From the NCBI RefSeq assembly GCF_009914755.1, contig NC_060933.1: 64,000 nucleotides of DNA; one strand, given 5' to 3'. The translations under genes were made by a program, and so were the position numbers. This document shows positions 52,950 to 64,000 of the stretch, piece after piece (within the stretch, counting starts at the first letter, position 1; the number at the start of each line of letters is the position of its first letter). The notes beneath the pieces are model-generated. The model searched no databases, was not told the DNA's origin, and saw only the letters and a program-made list of their open reading frames with translations. Source of the stretch: the human T2T-CHM13v2.0 reference genome, Homo sapiens.

Positions 52950-55900
52950 GGTATGGAATGGAATGGAAACTTCCCAAGAGGAATGAAATGGAACGGAATG
53001 GAATTGAATGGTATGGAATAAACAGGAATGGAATGGAAAGGAGTGGATTGGAACAGAATGGATTCAACCCAATTGGAATTGAATGGAATGCAAAGGAATG
53101 TAATGGAAAGGAATGGACTGGAATGGAATGGAATGGAATGGAATGGAATGGAATGGAATGGAAACCACCCAAGTAGAATGGAAAGGAATGGAATGGAATG
53201 GAATGGAATGGAATGGAATGGAATCGAATCGAATGGAATAGAATGGAATAAACTGGAATGGAACGGAATGGAATGGAATAGAATGGAATGGAATGGAATG
53301 GAGTGTAATGGAATGAAATGGAATGGAATGGAATGCAATCAACTCGAGTGGAATGCAATGGAATGGAATGGAATGGAAAGGAATGGAAGAAACCCGAGTG
53401 GAATGGAACGGAATGGAATGGAATGCAATGGAATGCAATCAACACGAGTGGAATGGAATGCAATGGAATCTAATCGAATGGAAAGGAATATAAACAACTG
53501 GAATGGAACGGAATGGAATAGAATGGAATGCAATCAACCCGAGTGGAATGGAATGGAACAGAATGGAATGGAATGAAAGTAATAGAATGGAATGGAAAGG
53601 CATGCATTCATCACGAGTGTAATGGAATGGAATGGAATGGAATGGAATCAACTGGAATGGAATGGAATCAACTGGAATTGAATGGAGTGGAATCAACCGG
53701 AGTGGAATGGAATGGAATGAAATGGAAAGGAATGGAATAGAATGGAATCTTCCTGAGAGGAATGGAATGGAATGGAATGGAATGGAATGGAATGGAATAA
53801 ACCCGAGTGGCATGGAATGGAATGTAATGGAATGTAATGGAATCGAAGGGAATGGAAACAACCCGGGTGCAATGGAATGGATTGGAATGGAATTGTATGG
53901 AAAGGAAACAACTGGAATGGAATGGAAAGGAATGGAATAGAATGGAATAGAATGGAAAGAGATGGAACGGAATCAACATGATTGGAATGGAATGGAATGG
54001 AATGGAATGGAATGGAAAGGAATGGAGTGCAATGGAATGCAATGGAATGGAATGGAATGGAATGGAATCCTACCGAATGGAATGGAATGGAATGGAATGG
54101 AATGGAGTGGATTAGATTGGAATGGAATGGAATCAAGGCGAGTGGAATGGAATGGAATGAAATGGAATTGAATGGAATGCAAACAACTGGAATGGAATGG
54201 AAAGGAATGGAATGGAGTGGAATGGAATTAACCCGAGTGGAAGGGAATGGAATGGAATTGAAAGGAATGGAATGTTGTGAAATTGAATGGAATGGAATGC
54301 AATCAACCCGAGTGGAATGGAATGGAATGGAATGGAGTGGAATGGAATGGAATGGAATGGAATTTAATGGAATGGAATGGAATCAACTGGAATGGAATGG
54401 AATGGAATGGAATGGAATCATCACGGGGGAATGGAATGGAATCTAATGGAATGCAATGGAATGCAATGCAATGGGATGGAATGGAATGGAATCCTCCCGA
54501 GTGGAATGGAATGGAATATAATGGAATGGAATGGAATGGAATGGAATGGAATGGAATGGAATGGAATCAACCAGAGTGGAATGGAATGGAAAGGAATGGA
54601 ATGGAATGGAAAGGAATGGAATGGAATGGAATGGAATGGAATGGAATGGAATGGAATGGAATCAACCCGAGTGGAATTGATTGGAATGGAGTGGAATAGA
54701 ATGGAATGGAATGGAGTGGTATGGAATGGAAGGAAATGGAATGTAATAGAATCAACATGAATGAAATGGAATGGAATGCATTGGAATGTAATGGAGTGGA
54801 ATGGAATTGAATGGAATCAACACGAATGGAAGGGAATGAAATGGAATGGAATGGAATGTTATCATCTCCAGTGGAATGGATTGGAATGGAATGGAATATA
54901 ATGGAATGGAGTGGAATGGAATGGAATGGAATCAACCCGAGTGGAATTGAATGGAATGTAATGGAATAGTATGGAATGGAATCAAATCAAGTGGAATGGA
55001 TTGGAATGGAATGAAATGGAATGGAATGGAATGCTATCATCTACAGTGGAATGGATTGGAATGGAATGGAATATAATGGAATGGAATGGAATGGAATGGA
55101 ATGGAATGGAATCAACCCGAGTGGAATTGAATGGAATGTAATGGAATGGTATGGAATGGAATGGAAACTTCCCAACAGGAATGAAATGGAACGGAATGGA
55201 ATTGAATGGTATGGAATCAACAGGAATGGAATGGAAAGGAGTGGATTGGAACAGAATGGATTCAACCCAATTGGAATTGAATGGAATGCAAAGGAATGTA
55301 ATGGAAAGGAATGGACTGGAATGGAATGGAATGGAATGGAATGGAATGGAATGGAAACCACCCGAGTAGAATGGAAAGGAATGGAATGGAATGGAATGGA
55401 ATGGAATGGAATGGAATCGAATCGAATGGAATAGAATGGAATAAACTGGAATGGAACGGAATGGAATGGAATAGAATGGAATGGAATGGAATGGAGTGTA
55501 ATGGAATGAAATGGAATGGAATGGAATGCAATCAACTCGAGTGGAATGCAATGGAATGGAATGGAATGGAAAGGAATGGAAGAAACCCGAATGGAATGGA
55601 ACGGAATGGAATGGAATGCAATGGAATGCAATCAACACGAGTGGAATGGAATGCAATGGAATCTAATCGAATGGAAAGGAATATAAACAACTGGAATGGA
55701 ACGGAATGGAATAGAATGGAATGCAATCAACCCGAGTGGAATGGAATGGAACAGAATGGAATGGAATGAAAGTAATAGAATGGAATGGAAAGGCATGGAA
55801 TCATCACGAGTGTAATGGAATGGAATGGAATGGAATGGAATCAACTGGAATGGAATGGAATCAACTGGAATTGAATGGAGTGGAATCAACCGGAGTGGAA

Positions 55901-57390
55901 TGGAATGGAATGAAATGGAAAGGAATGGAATAGAATTTAATCTTCCTGGAGGAATGGAATGGAATGGAATGGAATGGAATGGAATGGAATGGAATGGAAT
56001 GGAATGGAATAAACCCGAGTGGCATGGAATGGAATGTAATGGAATGTAATGGAATCGAAGGGAATGGAAACAACCCGGGTGCAATGGAATGGATTGGAAT
56101 GGAATTGTATGGAAAGGAAACAACTGGAATGGAATGGAAAGGAATGGAATAGAATGGAATAGAATGGAAAGGGATGGAACGGAATCAACATGATTGGAAT
56201 GGAATGGAATGGAATGGAATGGAAAGGAATGGAGTGCAATGGAATGCAATGGAATGGAATGGAATGGAATGGAATCCTACCGAATGGAATGGAAAGGAAT
56301 GGAATGGAATGGAGTGGATTAGATTGGAATGGAATGGAATCAAGGCGAGTGGAATGGAATGGAATGAAATGGAATTGAATGGAATGCAAACAACTGGAAT
56401 GGAATGGAAAGGAATGGAATGGAGTGGAATGGAATTAACCCGAGTGGAAGGGAATGGAATGGAATTGAAAGGAATGGAATGTTGTGAAATTGAATGGAAT
56501 GGAATGCAATCAACCCGAGTGGAATGGAATGGAATGGAATGGAGTGGAATGGAATGGAATGGAATGGAATTTAATGGAATGGAATGGAATCAACTGGAAT
56601 GGAATGGAATGGAATGGAATGGAATCATCACGGGGGAATGGAATGGAATCTAATGGAATGCAATGGAATGCAATGCAATGGGATGGAATGGAATGGAATC
56701 CTCCCGAGTGGAATGGAATGGAATATAATGGAATGGAATGGAATGGAATGGAATGGAATGGAATGGAATGGATTGGAATGGAATGGAATGGAAACAACCA
56801 GAGTGGAATGGAATGGAAAGGAATGGAATGGAATGGAAAGGAATGGAATGGAATGGAATGGAATGGAATGGAATGGAATGGAATGGAATCAACCCGAGTG
56901 GAATTGATTGGAATGGAGTGGAATAGAATGGAATGGAATGGAGTGGTATGGAATGGAAGGAAATGGAATGTAATAGAATCAACACGAATGAAATGGAATG
57001 GAATGCATTGGAATGTAATGGAGTGGAATGGAATTGAATGGAATCAACACGAATGGAAGGGAATGAAATGGAATGGAATGGAATGTTATCATCTCCAGTG
57101 GAATGGATTGGAATGGAATGGAATATAATGGAATGGAGTGGAACGGAATGGAATGGAATCAACCCGAGTGGAATTGAATGGAATGTAATGGAATGGTATG
57201 GAATGGAATCAAATCAAGTGGAATGGATTGGAATGGAATGAAATGGAATGGAATGGAATGCTATCATCTACAGTGGAATGGATTGGAATGGAATGGAATA
57301 TAATGGAATGGAATGGAATGGAATGGAATGGAATGGAATGGAATCAACCCGAGTGGAATTGAATGGAATGTAATGGAATGGTATGGAATG
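52950..57390. repeat. Tandem duplication of a ~2.2-kb unit
   Basis: ggaaacttcccaa at ~52965 and ~55163. Identical or near-identical ORFs 53339/55532, 53528/55721, 54277/56484. gctatcatctacagtgg at 55033/57260. Confidence 0.9.
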
Positions 57391-59629
57391 GAATCAAATC
57401 AAGTGGAATGGAATGGAATGAAATGGAAAGGAATGGAATGGAATCAAACCTCTTGGATTGGAATTGAATGGAATCGAAAGGAATGGAATGGAAAGGAATT
57501 GGATGGAATCAACCAGAATGGAATGGAATGGAATGGAACGGAATGGAATTGAATGGAATGGAATGGAAGGAAATGGAATGGAATGGAATGGATTGGAATG
57601 GAATGGAATCATTCCTAGTGTAATGGAAGGGAATGTAATCGAGTGGAATGGAAAGGAAAGGAATCAACTCGGGTGGTATGGAAGGGAATGGAATGGAATG
57701 GAATGGAGTGGAATGGAATCGAATGGAATAGATTGGAATGGAATCATTCCTAGTGGAATGGAAGGGAATGTAATCGAGTGGAATGGAAATGAATGAAATC
57801 AACCCGAGTGGAATGGAAGGGAATGGAATGGAATCAACACGAGTGCAACGGAATGGAAAGGAATGTAATGGAATGGAATGGAATGGAATGGAATGGAATG
57901 GAATGGAATGGAATGGAATCAACCAAAGTGGAATGAATGGGAATGGAATGGAATGGAATGGAATGGAATAGAATGGAACGGAATAAACCCGATTGGAATG
58001 GAATGGAATGGAATGGAATGCAATATAATGAAATGGAATGGAGTGGAATGAACCCGAGTGGAATGGAATTTATTGGAATGGAATCGAATGGAATGGTGTG
58101 GAACGGAATGGAATTGAATGGAGTGGAAATTAACTGAATAGAATCAAACCAAATGGAATGGATTGGAATGGAATGGAATGGAATGGAATGGAATGGAATG
58201 GAATCAACTCGAGAGGAATGGTATGGAATGGAATGGATTGGAAAAGAATGGAACGGAATGGAATGGAATGGATTGGAATGGAATCATTCCGAATGGAATG
58301 GAAGGGAATGTATTGTAGTGGAATGGAAAGGAATGGTATCAATCCGAGGGGAATGGAAGGTAATGGAATGGAATGGAATGGAATGGAATGGAATCAACCC
58401 GGGTGGAATGGAATGGAAAGGAATGGAATGGAGTGGAATCAACCCGAGTGCAATGGAATGGAATGGAATGGAATGGAATGGAATGGAATGGAATGGAGTG
58501 GAGTGGAATGGAATGGAATGGAATGGAATCTACCCGAATGGAATCGAATGGAATGGAATGGAATGCAATCAACCCAAGTGGAATAGAATGGAAAGGAATG
58601 GAATTGAATTCAATCAACCAGAATGGAATGGAATGGAATGGAATGGAATGCAATGGAATGGAATGGAATGGAATTCACTGGAATAGAATATATTAAAATG
58701 GAATGGAGTGGAATCAACATGAGTGGAGTGGAACGGAATGGAATGGAATGGAATGGAATAAACTGAAATTTAAAGGAATGGAATGAAATTAGATGGAATG
58801 GAATGGAATTGAATGGAATGGAATCAACCCGAGTGGAATTGAAGGGAAAGGAATGGAAAGGAATGGAATGGAATGGAATGGAATGGAATGGAATGGAATG
58901 GAATGGAATGGATTGGAATGGAATGGAATGGAATGGAAAGGAATGGAATCTACCCGAATGGAATGGAATGGAATGGAATGGAATGGAATGGATTGGAATC
59001 TACACGAAAGGAATGGAATGGAATGGAATCGATTGGAGTGGAATGGAATGAAATGGAATGTAATGGAATGGAATCAACTCAAGTGGAATGGAACGGAAGG
59101 GAAAGGAATGGAATGGAATGTAAGGGAATGAAATTGAATGGAATGGAAAGGAAAGGAATGGAATGGAATGGAATGGAAAGGAATGGAATGGAATGCAATG
59201 TAATGAACCCGAGTGGAATGGAATGGAAAATAATAGAATTTAATGGAATGGAATGGCAAGACCACGAGTGGAATGGAATGGAATGGAATGGAATTCAATA
59301 GAATGGAAACAACTGGATTGGAATGGAAAGGAATGGAATGGCATTGAACGGAAAGGAATGGAATGGAATCAACTCGAGTGGTTTGGCATGGAATGGAATG
59401 GAATGGAATGGAACATAATAGAATGAAATGCAACGAAATGGAATGGTATGGATTCAACCCGATTGGAATGGAATGGAATGGAATGGAATTGTGTGGAATG
59501 GAATGGAATGGAATGGAGTATAAAGGAATTAAATAGAATCAACCCGAAAGGAATGGAATGGAATGGAATGGAATGGAATGGAATGGAATGGAAGAGAATA
59601 GAATGGAATGGAAAGAAGTGTAATGGTAT

Positions 59630-62600
59630 GGATTCAACCCGATTGGAATGGAATGGAACGGAATGGAGTTGTGTGGAATGGAATGGAGTATAAAGGAATT
59701 GAATAGAATCAACCCGAATAGAATGGAATTGAATGGAACGGAACGGAATGGAATGGAATGGAATGGAATGGAATGGAATAGAATGGAATGGAATGGAATG
59801 GATTGGAATGGAAGGAAATGGAATGGAATGGAATGGACTGGAATGGAATGGAATCATTCCTAGTGTAATGGAAGGGAATGTAATCGAGTGGAATGGAAAG
59901 GAAAGGAATCAACCCGAGTGGAATGGAATGGAATGGAATGGAATGGAATGGAATGGAATGGAATGGAATCATTCCTAGTGGAATGGAAGGGAATGTAATC
60001 GAGTGGAATGGAAATGAATGAAATCAACCCGAGTGGAATGGAAGGGAATGGAATGGAATGGAACGGAATGGAATCAACACGACTGCAATGGAATGGAAAG
60101 GAATGGAATGGAATGGAATGGAATGGAATGGAATGGAATGGAATGGAATCAATCCCAGAGGAATGAATGGCAATGGAATGGAATTGAATGGAATGGAATG
60201 GAATGGAATGGAATGGAATAGAATGGAATGGAATGGAATAAACCCGAGTGGAATGGAATGGAATGGAATGGAATGGAATGGAATGGAATGGAATGGAATG
60301 GAATGGAATGGAATGGAGTGGAATCAACCCGAGTGGAAAGGAATGGAATGGAATGGAATGGAATGTAATGGAATGGAATGGAATGGTGTGGAACGGAATG
60401 GAATGGAATGGAGTGGAAAGGAATTGAATAGAATCAAACCAAATGGAATGGATTGGAATGGAATGGAATGGAATGGAATGGAGTGGAACCAACCCGAGTG
60501 CAATGGAAATGAATGGAATGTAATGTAATGGAATGGAATCTACCCGAATGGAATGGAATGAAATGGAATCGAATGGACTGGAATGGAATGAAATGGAACC
60601 GAATGGAATGGAATCAATTCGCGTGGAATGGAATGGAATGGAATGGAATGGAATGGAATGGAATGGAATGGAATCAACCCGATTGGAATGGAAGGGAATG
60701 GAATGGAATGGAACGGAATAAAATGGAATGGAACGAAATGGAATGGAATGGAATCAACCCGATTGGAATGCAATGGAATGGAATGGAATGGTGTGGAATG
60801 GAATGGAATGGAATGGAGTTGAAAGGAATCGAATAGAATCAACACGAATGGAATGGATTGGAATAGAATGGAATGGAACGGAATCAACTCGAGTGGAATA
60901 GAATGGAATGGAATGGATCGGAATGGAATGGAATGGAATGGAAAGGAATGGAATGGAATGGAATCATTCCGAGTGGAATGGAATGGAATGGAATGGATTG
61001 GATCGGAATGGTATGGAATGGAATGGAATGGAATCAACTGGAAAGGAATGGAATCAACTGGAATGGAATGGATTGGAATGGAATGGAATGGAATCAACAA
61101 CATTGGAATGAATGGGAATGGAATAGAATGGAATGGAACATAATGGAAAGGATTGGAATGGAATCAACCCGAGTGGAATGGAATGGAATGGATTGAACTG
61201 GAATGGAAGGGAATGGAATGAAATTAAATGGAATGGAATGGAATGGAATGGAATGGAATGGAATTAACCCGAGTGTAATGGAATGGAATAGAATTCAATG
61301 GAATGGAATGGAATGGAATGGAATGGAATGGAATGGAAAGGAATCTACCCGAATGGAATGGAATGAAATGGATTCAACCCGATTGGAATGGAATGGAACG
61401 GAATGTAATTGTGTGGAATGGAATGGAATGGAATGGAGTATAACGGAATTGAATAGAATCAACCCGAATGGAATGGAATTGAATGGAACGGAACGGAATG
61501 GAATGGAATGGAATGGAATGGAATGGAATGGAATGGATTGGAATGGAAGGAAATAGAATGGAATGGAATGGATTGGAATGGAATGGAATCATTCGTAGTG
61601 TAATGAAAGGGAATGTAATCGAGTGGAATGGAAAGGAAAGGAATCAACCGGAGTGGAATGGAAGGGAATGGAATGGAATGGAACGGAATGGAATCAACAC
61701 GACTGCAATGGAATGGAAAGGAATGGAATGGAATGGAATGGAATGGAATGGAACGGAATGGAATGGAATGGAATCAACCCCAGAGGAATGAATTGCAATG
61801 GAATGGAATGGAATGGAATGGAATGGAATGGAATGGAATAGAATGGAATGGAATGGAATAAACCCGAGTGGAATGGAATGGAATGGAATGGAATGGAATG
61901 GAATGGAATGGAATGGAATATAATGAAATGGAAAGGAGTGGAATCAACCCGAGTGGAATGGAATGGAATGGAATGGTATGGAATGGTGTGGAACGCAATG
62001 GAATGGAATGGAGTGGAAAGGAATTGAATAGAATCAAACCAAATGGAATGGATTGGAATGGAATGGAATGGAATGGAATGGAATGGAGTGGAATCAACCC
62101 GAGTGCAATGGAATGGAATGGAATGGAATGGAATGGAATGGAATGGAATGGAATCTACCCGAATGGAATGGAATGAAATGGAATCGAATGGACTGGAATG
62201 GAATGAAATGGAACGGAATGGAATGGAATCAATTCGCGTGGAATGGAATGGAATGGAATGGAATGGAATGGAATCAACCCGATTGGAATGGAAGGGAATG
62301 GAATGGAATGGAACGGAATAAAATGGAATGGATCGAAATGGAATGGAATGGAATCAACCCGATTGGAATGCAATGGAATGGCGTGGAATGGAATGGAACG
62401 GAATGGAATGGAGTTGAGAGGAATCGAATAGAATCAACCCGAATTGAATGGATTGGAATAGAATGGAATGGAACGGAATCAACTTGAGTGGAATAGAATG
62501 GAATGGAATGGATCAGAATGGAATAGAATGGAATGGAACGGAATGGAATGGAATGGAATCATTCCGAGTGGAATGGAATGGAATGGAATGGATTGGAACG

Positions 62601-62905
62601 GAATGGTATGGAATGGAATGGAATGGAATCAACTGGAAAGGAATGGAAACAACTGGAATGGAATGGATTGGAATGGAATGGAATGGAATCAACCACATTG
62701 GAATGAATGGGAATGGAATGGAATGGAATGGAACATAATGGAAAGGATTGGAATGGAATCAACCAGAGTGGAATGGAATGGAATGGATTGAACTGGAATG
62801 GAAGGGAATGGAATGAAATTAAATGGAATGGAATGGAATTAACCCGAGTGTAATGGAATGGAATGGAATGGAATGGAATGGAAAGGAATCTACCCGAATG
62901 GAATG
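59630..62905. repeat. Tandem duplication of a ~1.55-1.75-kb unit
   Basis: gattcaacccgattgg at 59631/61371; gaatcaacacgactgc at 60071/61691; ORFs 60853/62448 and 60873/62468 (offset 1595). Confidence 0.85.
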
Positions 62906-63784
62906 GAATGGAATGGAATCAACACGAGTGGAATGGAATGGAATGGAATGGAATGGAATGGAATGGAATGGAATGGAAAGGATTGGAATGGTATGCAATC
63001 CACCCGAGTGGAATGGAATGGAATGGAATGGAAAGGAATGGAATGGAATGGAATACAATAGAATGGAATAGAATGGATTGGAATGGCATGGAATCAACCC
63101 GAGTGGAAGGTAATGGAATTCAATGGAATGGAATGGAATGAAATGGAATGGAAAGGAGTGGAATCAATCCCAGTGGAATGGAAGGGAACGGAATGGAATG
63201 TCATGGAATGGAATGGAATGGAAAGGAATGGAATCAAACCGAGTGGAATGGAATGTAATGGAATGGCATGGAATGGAATTGAATGGAATGGAATGGAATG
63301 CAATCAAACCCAGTGGAATGGAATGGAATGCAATGGAATGGAATGGAATGGAAAGGAAGGGAATGGAATGGAATTAACTGGAATGCAATGGAATGCAATG
63401 GAACGAAATGGAATGGAATCAACATGATTGGAATGGAAACGAATGGAATTGAATGAAATGGAATGGAAAGGAATAGAATGACATCAAACCAAGTGGAATG
63501 GAATGGAGTGGAATGGAATAGAACGGAATGGAATCAACAGGAGTGGAACAAAATGGAATGGAATGGAAGGGAATGGAATGGAATCAACCGGAGTGGAATG
63601 GAATGGAATGGAATGGAATCAAATGGAATGCAATGGAATGTAGTGGAATCTACCCGAATGAAATGGAATTGAATGGAGTTGAATGGAGGTGAATAGAAAG
63701 GAATGGAATGAAATCAAGTCGAGTGGAATGGAATGGAATGGAATGGAATGGAATGGAATGGAATGGAATGGAATAGAATAAAAT

Positions 63785-64000
63785 GATTCCATTCCATTCC
63801 GTTCCATTCCATTCCATTGCAATCAATTTTATTCCATTGTATTGCATTCCATTCCATTCCACTCCGGATGATTCCATTCCATTCCATTGCATTCCATTCC
63901 ATTCCATTCCACGCGAGTTGATTCCATTCCATTCCATTCCATTTCATTCCATTGAACTCCATTCGATTCCATTCCATTCCATTTCATTGGGGTAGATTCC
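63785..64000 (+). repeat. Orientation block 9: CATTC on + strand (runs off the window)
   Basis: C/T-rich strand resumes. The sequence is an inverted paralogue of ~43200-43420. Confidence 0.92.

Larger units (their letters stand above)
49034..63784 (-). repeat. Orientation block 8: GGAAT on + strand (~14.75 kb)
   Basis: G/A-rich + strand until gaatagaataaaatg|attccattcc. Confidence 0.95.
1..64000. repeat. Classical satellite III (HSat3) array, (CATTC)n with interspersed ACTCGGGTTG/CAACCCGAGT decamers
   Basis: Continuous CATTC/GGAAT pentamers across the window, with hundreds of copies of the decamer ACTCGGGTTG (or its reverse complement) that is characteristic of HSat3. The CATTCGATTC/GATGAT-dominated pattern of HSat2 is not prevalent. 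Confidence 0.97.

Noticed and set aside
1-64000. Hundreds of ORFs, up to 385 aa (35680-36837), as protein-coding genes
   Set aside because: A perfect GGAAT/ATTCC repeat has no stop codon in any of the six frames. The ORFs overlap in all frames, give only (MEWNG)n/(IPFHS)n, and have no domain content.
1-64000. HSat2, alpha satellite or telomeric repeat
   Set aside because: There is no 171-bp monomer or TTAGGG tract, and HSat2-type CATTCGATTC/GATGAT words are only minor components.
1-64000. Assignment to a specific chromosome or HSat3 subfamily (e.g. chr9, acrocentrics, DYZ1)
   Set aside because: This needs k-mer classification or alignment. I saw no regular 3.6-kb DYZ1-type period, but cannot support a positive call.

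Overview
The whole 64 kb is primate (human-type) classical satellite III DNA (HSat3): diverged (CATTC/GGAAT)n pentamers interrupted by the ACTCGGGTTG/CAACCCGAGT decamer and its variants. I see no genes, RNA genes or transposon insertions. All listed ORFs are (MEWNG)n/(IPFHS)n artefacts of a stop-free pentamer. The structure is the informative part. (1) 1-~24 kb is a homogeneous domain with a ~14.25-kb higher-order period, built from two diverged ~7-kb halves and ~2-kb modules. It carries at least 13 perfect three-unit heat-shock elements (aTTCcgGAAg/taTTCc) and 10 copies of a 14-bp palindrome, which I did not see in the rest of the window. (2) ~24-64 kb is a more diverged domain with 8 strand switches, giving 9 orientation blocks overall. 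Two junction sequences each occur twice in A-B-A-B order, which points to propagation by duplication. One junction is a perfect 42-bp fold-back palindrome. This domain also holds dispersed inverted paralogues and recent 1.6-2.2-kb tandem duplications. Coordinates were read by eye and are approximate to a few bases. Species, chromosome and subfamily cannot be fixed without a search.
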